24,000 nucleotides of DNA, from positions 246,845 to 270,844 of the forward strand of contig JAHWHZ010000001.1 of assembly GCA_019322895.1 (NCBI GenBank), given 5' to 3'. The notes under the pieces are model-generated. The model saw only the letters and a list, made by a program, of their open reading frames with translations, made no database searches and was not told the DNA's origin. The position numbers and the translations under genes were made by a program. Shown here in pieces: positions 9,206 through 16,790 of the stretch. Position 1 is the stretch's first letter, and every line of letters starts with the position of its first letter. This stretch comes from Candidatus Woesearchaeota archaeon. Lineage in GTDB: Archaea > Nanobdellota > Nanobdellia > Woesearchaeales > ARS49.

Positions 9206-9640
9206 TTATACTAGAAACATGATTGTTGCTACTGCAAGGAAAACAAGCAGGTTTGCTGCAACATCTTTCTTGTTTTTTAGCAAAGAGCCTGCTGGAAAGT
9301 TATATAAGAAAGTGAAAGCGCTTATTATCAAAAAATAATCTGTTTTTGATGCTAAGAAGAAAGCAACTGCAAGTATTGTAGACATAAGCAGATGATTTAT
9401 TTTCTTGAAAAAGCTAAGGTATGCAAATATTATTACCGCTCCTGCCCAGATATAATGAACATTTGTTCTGTTAATATACATTAGCAATAATATAACAGCG
9501 CAGAACAATGCCTTTTGCATGATTAAAAGATATTTTTTCCCTGGCTTTATTTCTTCTTTTGCAATCCTTGCTAAGATTCTTCCTAGAATTAATCCAGTTG
9601 ATGCTATTACTGCTATTATTATATAGTTCAGGACTTCCAT
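9206..9640 (-). CDS. Polytopic membrane protein of unknown function
   Basis: 144 aa with several hydrophobic segments (YIIIAVIASTGLILG, ALFCAVILLLMYI, YIWAGAVIIFAYLSFF, LLMSTILAVAFFLA, LLVFLAVATIMFLV). Start overlaps the stop of the dph2-like ORF. Confidence 0.6.
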   Translation of the reverse strand: MEVLNYIIIAVIASTGLILGRILARIAKEEIKPGKKYLLIMQKALFCAVILLLMYINRTNVHYIWAGAVIIFAYLSFFKKINHLLMSTILAVAFFLASKTDYFLIISAFTFLYNFPAGSLLKNKKDVAANLLVFLAVATIMFLV

Positions 9641-9882
9641 TCAGAATGACCCCATTGAATCAATAAATCAACTTTCAAGTCTTCAACTTGTTTTGGAATA
9701 TCACATGCACCAAAGCACGAGCCAAGCCATATTATTATTTCTGCTCCTGTCTTTTCTTTAAGTTCATTGTGAATCTTTTCAGCCTGCGGCTTAAGGCCGT
9801 CTGGTAATTGGATGCATACTCTCTTTGCTTTTGTTTTCTTTATTTCTTCTGTTGCCTTATCAAGCTCTAGTTCGTATTCCAT
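9628..9882 (-). CDS. Dph2/Dph1-family N-terminal domain only (84 aa)
   Basis: KRVCIQLPDGLKPQAEKIHNELKEKTGAEIIIWLGSCFGACDIPKQVEDLKVDLLIQWGHSEW matches the N-terminal domain of archaeal Dph2, then stops at the GHS motif. Confidence 0.75.
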   Translation of the reverse strand: MEYELELDKATEEIKKTKAKRVCIQLPDGLKPQAEKIHNELKEKTGAEIIIWLGSCFGACDIPKQVEDLKVDLLIQWGHSEWKS

Positions 9883-9966
9883 AATAAAAGCGATATTTAA
9901 TACCTTTAAAAAACTATTGATAGTATTAGAAAACTATTTAAAGCCACTAAAATCCCTACCTCTCAA

Positions 9967-10056
9967 GCCCCTGTAGCTTAGTCTGGTAGAGCGCGTGGCT
10001 GTTATAGCCTTACTACAGAGACCACGAAGTCGCAGGTTCAAATCCTGCCGGGGGCG
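9967..10056 (+). tRNA. tRNA-Asn(GTT) with a canonical-position 37/38 intron (10005-10020, 16 nt)
   Basis: Acceptor GCCCCTG/CGGGGGC, anticodon stem CGTGG/CCACG, spliced loop CTGTTAA, T-arm GCAGG-TTCAAAT-CCTGC. Junctions form a BHB: CTGT/ACAG central helix with bulges TAT and AGA and outer helix TGG/CCA. Confidence 0.95.
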
Positions 10057-10076
10057 TTTATTTTATTTTTAGAATT

Positions 10077-11087
10077 TTATTCTTCTAGAAGCTTGCCAAT
10101 TTCTTCAGAAGCTCCTGCTTCCAAGAGTTTATATACATTCAATGCTCCATTCGCATACTTAAGTATGCTGGATTCTCCGTGCCCTTTGCCAATCATGTGC
10201 TTGAATCCGCCAAAGAATGCAACTCCCTGCTCGTCAGGATCATACCATTTTTTTAGTTCTTTTAATGTCTGCATGAATTTTGCTTTTTCTTCATCACTGC
10301 ATTTTGGAAGATATAATGCGCAAAGGTCTGTTAAAACATTATTGCAGGTCTCTTCTGCAACTTTTAATATGATATTGCCCATCACTCCTGAAACAGCTGC
10401 ACCGCTAACTTCGCCAGCGTATAGGTGCTCTGGCTCGACAAACTCTATGCCTAATGCTTCTCGCGCAACGCGCATAACACTATCGCCTTTTGTTGGCTCA
10501 ACTCCATTGGATAATATTCCTATTCTTGGATTGTCTTCATTGAACAATACTTTTGCATAGACTTTTGTAATGCTTACTATTTGTTTATATGTCCTTAAAT
10601 CATGTGTCCGCGTTGCTCCAACATCGCAAAGAAAATACTTTTTCTTTGTTACCATGCTTGCAGGCATCTGCGCAATCAAATATGGTTTCCTTATGCCTGG
10701 AAATTTTTCAACCTTGTTACTTACAAGTGCCGGCCTTACAAGTGTCGGAAGCACATGTTGCGTGTTGCCGCAAGTGTAGAATCCTTCTGCAATCCCATCT
10801 TTTAAGTGTGCGCACGCATGTTCCACGATTGCTTCTGTTAATCTTTTGGAATGAGTTTCTGCAGGTTCTGAATCAACTGTAACATCAACAAGCTTTAATC
10901 TGTCGCGGTCAAAATCCTCTGTTACTTTTTCTTCAAGAACTCTTTGTGCTTTTTCCTCATTTCCAATGCCTATGAAGACTCCGTCTGTGCTTTGGACTGC
11001 TTTTACAGCGCCAAGTACTGCTCTTTCAAGCATTGGCACTCCGCCAACTTTGTCTCCACCTTCTAAATCAAGCAATAATTTATGCAT
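10077..11087 (-). CDS. plsX: PlsX-like phosphate acyltransferase family protein
   Basis: MHKLLLDLEGGDKVGGVPMLERA..., CGNTQHVLPTLVRPALV, YFLCDVGA, NPRIGILSNGVEPTKGDSVMRVAREAL, YAGEVSGAAVSGVMGNIILKVAEET, GVAFFGGFKHMIGKGHGESS. Start set to Met at 11087 because the ORF-track start (11213) lies inside the tRNA-Ile intron. Confidence 0.82.
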   Translation of the reverse strand: MHKLLLDLEGGDKVGGVPMLERAVLGAVKAVQSTDGVFIGIGNEEKAQRVLEEKVTEDFDRDRLKLVDVTVDSEPAETHSKRLTEAIVEHACAHLKDGIAEGFYTCGNTQHVLPTLVRPALVSNKVEKFPGIRKPYLIAQMPASMVTKKKYFLCDVGATRTHDLRTYKQIVSITKVYAKVLFNEDNPRIGILSNGVEPTKGDSVMRVAREALGIEFVEPEHLYAGEVSGAAVSGVMGNIILKVAEETCNNVLTDLCALYLPKCSDEEKAKFMQTLKELKKWYDPDEQGVAFFGGFKHMIGKGHGESSILKYANGALNVYKLLEAGASEEIGKLLEE

Positions 11088-11137
11088 GTTATATCTCCAA
11101 GGTTTTTCTCGGTTTTTAAAGCTTATGAATAAAATGA

Positions 11138-11288
11138 TGGGCCTGCCGTGATTTGAACACGGGACCGCTCGATCTATGAACTCTTGTTCAGTCACTGGAG
11201 ACAAGGTCTTCAATGATGAGCCCTCCGAAGAAAGCTCGCGAACTCGAATTTATCAGTCGAGTGCTCCACCAGGCTAAGCTACAGGCCC
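11138..11288 (-). tRNA. tRNA-Ile(GAT) with an approximately 77-nt intron (11174-11250)
   Basis: Reverse strand: acceptor GGGCCTG/CAGGCCC, anticodon stem CTCGA/TCGAG, loop CTGATA|intron|A, T-arm CCGTG-TTCAAAT-CACGG. The BHB is relaxed, with 3 of 4 central pairs by hand. Confidence 0.92.
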
Positions 11289-11404
11289 ATAATTTAATGC
11301 CTGATGTTACTCTCTGAAAACCACGTTTGTTTTATAAAACTTACGCTATCTCTTCACTGGCCAAACACCCACAACCTATTTAAAGGCTTTTAAGCTTATT
11401 CTCG

Positions 11405-12907
11405 ATGATGAACTTAAAAGTAGAAGAAAAATCAGGGGCTCCTGTAATAGATTTAGCTCTAGACACTATTAATAAGAAAAAGCAAGCCTTGGTCTTTGTC
11501 AATACAAAGCGTTCTGCAGAGAAATGCGCAGAGGAGATAAGCAAGAAAATAAAAAATGTTGATCTTGCAGATATTTCTGAAAAAGCGCGCAAGGCATTGA
11601 GCAGGCCGACAAAGCAGTGCGAAAGACTGGCAAGATGCATCAAGGCAGGGATTGCTTTTCATCACGCAGGCCTGCACTCAAAACAAAGGGAATTGATTGA
11701 ATCAAATTTCAGAAAAGGAAAAATAAAAATCATCTGCTGCACTCCTACACTTGCTGCTGGTGTTGACCTTCCTGCATTCCGCTCTATTATAAGGGATGTC
11801 ACAAGATTTACAAGCAGAGGCATGCAGCATATTCCTGTATTGGAATATTTGCAGATGGCTGGCAGGGCAGGAAGGCCTTCTTTTGATGCTCATGGAGAGG
11901 CAATTGTTCTTACAAAAACAGATTCTGAAAAAAATTTAGTCTATGAGAAATTTGTCCTTGGAGAACCAGAGGATATTTTTTCCAAGCTTGCTGTCGAGCC
12001 TGTTTTAAGAACTTATCTGCTGTCCTTGATTTCCACAAAAGTCATCCAGTCAAGAGAAGAGATTTATGATTTTTTTGGAAAGACTTTCTGGGCTTTTCAG
12101 TTCAAGGACATGCCTAAGCTGAAAAAGAATATTGACAAGATGCTGAAGCTTTTAGAAAAATGGAAGTTCATACAATTGCTTGACAAAAAATACCGCGCAA
12201 CAATATTAGGAAGAAGGATTGCAGAGCTCTACATTGATCCCTTGACAGCGCATCATTTCATGCACTGCCTGCAGAGGGCAAAGGATATCACGCTGAAGCC
12301 CATCTCTTTGCTTGTTCTTATCTGCAATACTTTAGAGATGCTTCCTTTATTGAGAGTTAAAACAAAAGAGTATGACTTGATTCAGGAAGAGCTTGCAAAA
12401 CATGAAGCACACATGCTTGACAAGGAGCCGAGCATGTTTGAACCAGAATATGACATGTACATCAATGCTTTTAAGACTGCCTTGATGTTTTCTGACTGGA
12501 TTGAGGAAAAAGATGATATTCATCTTCTTGAACAGTATGATATCCGGCCGGGAGAAACGCGCGCAAAACTAGAGAGAGCAAACTGGCTGCTGTATGCCTT
12601 GTCAGAGATTGCAAGAATAAATCAGCAGCAGTTCTTGTTAAAAGACATTTCAAGATTAAGATTCAGGCTAAGGCACGGCGCTAAAGAAGAACTGCTTCCA
12701 TTGCTGCGGCTGAAGAATGTCGGCAGAGTTAGAGCAAGAAAATTATTCAGGAATGGAATCAAGGATCTTGGTGCAGTCAGAAAATCAAAGCTTGAATTGT
12801 TAGAGAGTCTGCTTGGCAAGAAAACAGCCCATGATATTAAGGAGCAGGTTGGTGAAAAGATTGAAGCAAAGAAAGACAAAAGACAGCTCAATAACTTTAT
12901 TCAATGA
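11405..12907 (+). CDS. Ski2/Hel308-like helicase lacking the N-terminal RecA1 domain
   Basis: Begins just before RecA2 (QALVFVNTKRSAEKCAEEI, AFHHAGLHSKQRELIESNFRKGKIKIICCTPTLAAGVDLPAFRSIIRDVTRF, EYLQMAGRAGRPSFDAHGEAIVL), followed by winged-helix/ratchet and HhH (LKNVGRVRARKLFRNGIKDLGAV). No Walker A or DEAH motif. TATA-like CTATTTAAAGG lies just upstream. Confidence 0.88.
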   Translation: MMNLKVEEKSGAPVIDLALDTINKKKQALVFVNTKRSAEKCAEEISKKIKNVDLADISEKARKALSRPTKQCERLARCIKAGIAFHHAGLHSKQRELIESNFRKGKIKIICCTPTLAAGVDLPAFRSIIRDVTRFTSRGMQHIPVLEYLQMAGRAGRPSFDAHGEAIVLTKTDSEKNLVYEKFVLGEPEDIFSKLAVEPVLRTYLLSLISTKVIQSREEIYDFFGKTFWAFQFKDMPKLKKNIDKMLKLLEKWKFIQLLDKKYRATILGRRIAELYIDPLTAHHFMHCLQRAKDITLKPISLLVLICNTLEMLPLLRVKTKEYDLIQEELAKHEAHMLDKEPSMFEPEYDMYINAFKTALMFSDWIEEKDDIHLLEQYDIRPGETRAKLERANWLLYALSEIARINQQQFLLKDISRLRFRLRHGAKEELLPLLRLKNVGRVRARKLFRNGIKDLGAVRKSKLELLESLLGKKTAHDIKEQVGEKIEAKKDKRQLNNFIQ

Positions 12908-13493
12908 AAAGTATCAAGAGCATTATCATTCCACAAAAGGCGCTGTTGAAGAAAGTTTTGAGAAGTTTGTAAAGCCCTGCCGGATTGCAGAACTGGCAAA
13001 GACAGGAAAGATTTGTATTCTTGATGTTTGTTTTGGTGTCGGCTATAATTCTGCAGCTGCTGTTGAAGTTGCTCTTGAATCTAACCCTGACTGCGAGATT
13101 GAAATAGTTGGCCTTGAGAATGACCCGAAAATATTAGATGAAATGAAAAACCTTGATCCTATTTTTAAATATTATGGCATAATAAAGGGAAACAAAAGCG
13201 ATAAAAGAATTAAAATCAAGATTCTATTAGGCGATGCAAGAGAGACAATAAAACAAGTAACTGAAAAAGTTGATGCAGTGTTCTTTGATCCTTTCTCTCC
13301 AAAAGTCTGTCCTGAATTCTGGACAAAAGAATTCTTTTCAGACATAAAGAAAGTCATGAAAGATTCTGCAATCTTAACAACATATTCCTGCGCCAGAATC
13401 GTCAGAGACAATATGAAAGCAGTTGGCTTTAAAGTTGAAGACGGCCCTATACTTGGCAGGAGAGGACCTGCTACGATAGCAAAACTTAAATAA
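12813..13493 (+). CDS. MnmC-like SAM-dependent methyltransferase domain protein; start uncertain
   Basis: TKDSSITLFNEKYQEHYHSTKGAVEES...ILDVCFGVGYNSAAAVEVAL...VDAVFFDPFSPKVCPEFWTKEFFSDIKKVMKDSAILTTYSCARIVRDNMKAVGFKVEDGPILGRRGPATIAKL. Confidence 0.8.
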   Translation: MARKQPMILRSRLVKRLKQRKTKDSSITLFNEKYQEHYHSTKGAVEESFEKFVKPCRIAELAKTGKICILDVCFGVGYNSAAAVEVALESNPDCEIEIVGLENDPKILDEMKNLDPIFKYYGIIKGNKSDKRIKIKILLGDARETIKQVTEKVDAVFFDPFSPKVCPEFWTKEFFSDIKKVMKDSAILTTYSCARIVRDNMKAVGFKVEDGPILGRRGPATIAKLK

Positions 13494-13514
13494 GTACATC
13501 TTTTTAAGAATACC

Positions 13515-14165
13515 ATGAACAAATACGACCTTCACATCCACACTCATCATTCTGCCTGCTCTAGGATCAGGCCTAAGAAATTATTGCGAATCGCCAAAAA
13601 AAGAGGTTTGAATGGCATTGCTATAACCAATCACAATACAATCAAGGGCGGAGCAGAGGTCAAGAGATTAAACAAAGACAAAAATTTTGAAGTAATCATT
13701 GGCGCTGAAATCAAGACAGACAAAGGAGAAATATTGGGCCTTTACCTAAAAAAAGAAATCAAGTCAAGAAAAGCAGAAGAAGTAATTGATGAGATCCACA
13801 AGCAGGGCGGTATTGCAATTGCAGCGCACCCGTTTACATGGGGTTTATTAAGGACTGCTGCGAAGTTTGATAAAAAAGAATTAAAGAAACTTGATGGTTT
13901 TGAAACATTTAATGCAAGGAATACTTTCAGGTGGGAAAATGAACTTGCTGTCCAGTTTGCTCAAAAGCACAAATTAGCACAGACAGCAGGTTCTGATGCG
14001 CATTTCTATTATGAAATTGGAAGGGCATTCACAGTATTCAAGGGAAGCCTAAGAAATGCAATAAAGAAAAGGAAAACAGTCATCATGGGCAGGATTGCAC
14101 CTCTGCCTTTTGGAAGAACATTCAGTATGTTCCGAAGATTTGCAGTAAAATTTATAAAGAAGTAA
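13515..14165 (+). CDS. PHP-domain metal-dependent phosphoesterase family protein
   Basis: YDLHIHTHHSACSRIRPKKLLRIAKKRGLNGIAITNHNTIKGG, GGIAIAAHPF, GSDAHFYYEIGRAFTVFKG. Confidence 0.88.
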   Translation: MNKYDLHIHTHHSACSRIRPKKLLRIAKKRGLNGIAITNHNTIKGGAEVKRLNKDKNFEVIIGAEIKTDKGEILGLYLKKEIKSRKAEEVIDEIHKQGGIAIAAHPFTWGLLRTAAKFDKKELKKLDGFETFNARNTFRWENELAVQFAQKHKLAQTAGSDAHFYYEIGRAFTVFKGSLRNAIKKRKTVIMGRIAPLPFGRTFSMFRRFAVKFIKK

Positions 14166-14195
14166 TTCTTTTGATGCTATATCAAATGAGGTGAT

Positions 14196-14672
14196 ATGAT
14201 GGAAAAGCTTGAAGCTTTCATACTTATTGTTGTACTTCTCGTAGCATTTGGAGGAATATATTATTTCTTCACAGCAGGAGCTGGAGAAGCTACACGGATG
14301 CTGGTCGGCTGTACAGGAGATTTCACTCTTCAATTAAGACTTGGCGGTGCAAGGGAATCTGCAGACTACCGCTTCAAAGGCATACATGGAACTGTCAGGA
14401 TACTTGATATAGAAGAAGACAAGGCAAAATTCATGCTTGACGGTCAGGAAACTCCATACCTAGGATTTGGAGAAGTCTTCCTTGGAACTCAGGCAGGCAT
14501 CAAGATGAGCAAGGTTGGAAGGACTACTGCTTCTTTCTGCATGGCATCAACTGTGCCTGAATGCGTTGCATACACATGGGATGAAGAAGCAGGAACAAGG
14601 ATATGCCGCGAAATAAGAAGCTCTGCTGATGAGAAGTTCCAGAGAGGCGGAAGATCAAGTATTTTTGAATAA
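14196..14672 (+). CDS. Membrane-anchored protein of unknown function
   Basis: N-terminal TM AFILIVVLLVAFGGIYYFF followed by a soluble domain with several cysteines. Confidence 0.55.
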   Translation: MMEKLEAFILIVVLLVAFGGIYYFFTAGAGEATRMLVGCTGDFTLQLRLGGARESADYRFKGIHGTVRILDIEEDKAKFMLDGQETPYLGFGEVFLGTQAGIKMSKVGRTTASFCMASTVPECVAYTWDEEAGTRICREIRSSADEKFQRGGRSSIFE

Positions 14673-14737
14673 TTTTTTTTCTTTTTAATTCAACTTCTCG
14701 ATAGTTTTTTAAACCCAGAATAAGTTATTTCTCTTAT

Positions 14738-14809
14738 GCCCCTGTAGTATAGTGGATAGTACGTGCGGTTGCGGTCCGTAAAACCGGAGTTCGATTCTCC
14801 GCAGGGGCA
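14738..14809 (+). tRNA. tRNA-Arg(GCG), no intron
   Basis: GCCCCTG/CAGGGGC acceptor, TGCGG-TTGCGGT-CCGTA anticodon arm, CGGAG-TTCGATT-CTCCG T-arm. Confidence 0.93.
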
Positions 14810-14925
14810 TATATTCTACTTACACGAAATTGGCTTGAAATTCAAATTCGTGCGCGCAATCTTGTATTGCGCAGTTTTGATCAAATTTTTTTTAAAAATT
14901 TGGTTTGCTTCTCCGCAGGGGCATA
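14795..14925. repeat. 17-bp direct repeat TTCTCCGCAGGGGCATA (14795-14811 and 14909-14925)
   Basis: Exact duplication of the tRNA-Arg 3' end plus 'TA'. The 97-nt spacer contains three hairpins. Confidence 0.9.
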
Positions 14926-14962
14926 CAAAGTTTTTTATTCTAATCAATATTCTGTCTCATTA

Positions 14963-16495
14963 ATGGTGGAGGCAAAGCAGGAACTCAAGGACCTATATTC
15001 TAAAATGGTTAAAAGCGGTTTTATAGAGCCTTCTGTGCTTGAACATTTGATAGACACTGGAAAAACAAAAGGATATTTGACCGGGGATCAGTGCGTAGAT
15101 GCATTGAACTATGAAAAAGGAGATCCTTCTGAATGCCTGAGTCACCTGATTGAATATACTTCAATTGCAGGAATTGAAATTGTTGATGCGGCGCCAAAAA
15201 CAAGAGCGCCTAAAACTGCTTCCAAAGCAGCAAAGCATCCGCCTAGGAAAAAACAATCAGCAGATTTTATTCTGCAGATATATTTGCGTGAAGTGGGAAG
15301 TTATCCGCTTCTCAAAAAGGAAGATGAAATGCGGCTTGCAAAAGACTTTCGCAAATATAAAAAAGTATTATTGGCCAGATTCTGCAGGGTGCCTTGGTAT
15401 GTTGAAAAGATTGGGGAGCGATTTAAAGAGATTGCAGAGAAAAGAATCTCACCGGTCTACACACTGATTTATCCAAAGAAAGACGAGGAAAACGTCAAAG
15501 AAAGGATAAAGACGTATTCAAAGACGTATGAAAAGATCGATGAAACAGTAAAAACATTGCGCAGAAAATTGAAAAGAACGCAGAATAAAAAGAAAAAAGA
15601 AGAAATATTCTGCGCAATCCAAAGGAAAAAAAGAAATTTGCTGCACCTGATTAATGAGTTTAATTTCCAGTCAGAATTTATGGCCGAAATATTCAAACAA
15701 CTGCCGATTATTTCTGGAAAACAGGCTAAAGATGCAAGGATTCTCCAGAAAGCCTGGCAAAAATACAAAAGCATAGTGTCTGAAGTTTGCGAAGGAAATC
15801 TTCGGCTTTCTGTGAAGATTGCAAGAAAACATCGAAATAAAGGTGTTTCTTTTTTTGACTTGATTCAAGCAGGCAATATCGGGATAATCGCTGCTTTGGA
15901 AAGATATGATCCTGCCAGGGGTGTCAGGTTTGGAACATTTGCGTACTGGTGGATTGAGCAAAAAATCAAGAGAGAGATTCAAGAGCATTCCAGTACAGTA
16001 AGGGTTCCTGCACATGCACGAGACTTTTTGCGCAAATACCGGCATACAGCAAAGCAGCTTTACAGCAGGCTAAGCAGGACGCCGAGCATAGATGAAATCA
16101 TGAAAGAAGCAGGGATGTCTAAAAACGATCTTAAAACAATAAGATTGGCAGCCAGGCAGGCCATATCAATTGATGTGCCTGTTTCAATAGCAGAAGACAG
16201 CACAACCAGGGGAGCGATGATTGAAGCTCCTGAGAAAGACAGCCCTGATAAATACACAAACATTTTAGACGCAAGGAAAAAGATAATGCAAGTATTGGTT
16301 AAACATCTCAGTGAGCGGGAAAGAACCATAATCATACAAAGGTATGGCTTGAATGGCAGGCCAGCAAAGACATTGGATGCAATCGCTGATTTTTATGAGG
16401 TTAGCAGAGAACGAATTCGGCAGCTTGAAAAAAGAGCCATAAAAAAGCTGAAAGTTCCTATAGTACAAAAAAAACTTGAAGACTTGCTTGATTAA
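14963..16495 (+). CDS. Bacterial-type sigma-70 family RNA polymerase sigma factor (RpoD-like)
   Basis: Region 1.1-like LIDTGKTKGYLTGDQCVDAL; 1.2 DFILQIYLREVGSYPLLKKEDEMRLAKDF; 2 NLRLSVKIARKHRNKGVSFFDLIQAGNIGIIAALERYDPARGVRFGTFAYWWIEQKIKREIQEHSSTVRVPAH; 3 LSRTPSIDEIMKEAGMSKNDL; 4.2 LSERERTIIIQRYGLNGRPAKTLDAIADFYEVSRERIRQLEKRAIKKLK. Confidence 0.96.
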   Translation: MVEAKQELKDLYSKMVKSGFIEPSVLEHLIDTGKTKGYLTGDQCVDALNYEKGDPSECLSHLIEYTSIAGIEIVDAAPKTRAPKTASKAAKHPPRKKQSADFILQIYLREVGSYPLLKKEDEMRLAKDFRKYKKVLLARFCRVPWYVEKIGERFKEIAEKRISPVYTLIYPKKDEENVKERIKTYSKTYEKIDETVKTLRRKLKRTQNKKKKEEIFCAIQRKKRNLLHLINEFNFQSEFMAEIFKQLPIISGKQAKDARILQKAWQKYKSIVSEVCEGNLRLSVKIARKHRNKGVSFFDLIQAGNIGIIAALERYDPARGVRFGTFAYWWIEQKIKREIQEHSSTVRVPAHARDFLRKYRHTAKQLYSRLSRTPSIDEIMKEAGMSKNDLKTIRLAARQAISIDVPVSIAEDSTTRGAMIEAPEKDSPDKYTNILDARKKIMQVLVKHLSERERTIIIQRYGLNGRPAKTLDAIADFYEVSRERIRQLEKRAIKKLKVPIVQKKLEDLLD

Positions 16496-16496
16496 C

Positions 16497-16790
16497 TTAT
16501 TTTTTCTTAAAATCAAACTTCTTCCGTATCGTTAATATGACTAATCCGTGCTTTTCTATGTCTTCTTTGCTGTAGAATTTCTCAACATCTTTAGTGTTGA
16601 ATTTATACAATACTTCGCACTCTATCTCTCTGCCAGTAAGATCGTCACTTCCTTGTTTTTGCTCCTTTAAAACCAAAATATCTCCGTGTTCGCAATCAAA
16701 ATCAGCTAACCTGACCTCAAATCTTTTTCTGCCTTCTACTATTGCATCAAAATACTCTTTTTGTACTTTTTTCTCAACTTTTTTTGTCAT
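16497..16790 (-). CDS. ASCH/DUF3850-like small protein
   Basis: KKVQKEYFDAIVEGRKRFEVRLADFDCEHGDILVLKEQ...TGREIECEVLYKF fits the ASCH-like fold pattern. Confidence 0.7.
   Translation of the reverse strand: MTKKVEKKVQKEYFDAIVEGRKRFEVRLADFDCEHGDILVLKEQKQGSDDLTGREIECEVLYKFNTKDVEKFYSKEDIEKHGLVILTIRKKFDFKKK

Noticed and set aside
10590-10640. GATRTHDL peptide inside the PlsX ORF, a phrase that can appear in spurious ORFs translated from tRNA genes
   Set aside because: It falls within the conserved DVGA region of PlsX with homologous sequence on both sides, and no tRNA cloverleaf can be drawn from the DNA here.
11088-11213. N-terminal extension of the plsX ORF (MKTLSPVTEQEFIDRAVPCSNHGRP...)
   Set aside because: It translates the intron and 3' half of tRNA-Ile on the same strand. 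PlsX homology begins at MHKLLLDLEGGD (start 11087).
11174-11250. Possible C/D-box guide RNA in the tRNA-Ile intron (a CTGA box and an antisense ATGATGA)
   Set aside because: The C-box-like and D-box-like motifs are on opposite strands or wrongly ordered, so no valid C/D architecture is supported.
14763-14963. 66-aa ORF MRLRSVKPEFDSPQGHIFYLHEIG... overlapping tRNA-Arg
   Set aside because: It starts inside the tRNA and crosses the hairpin spacer and direct repeat. The repeated SPQGH peptide reflects the duplicated tRNA 3' end, not protein repeats.
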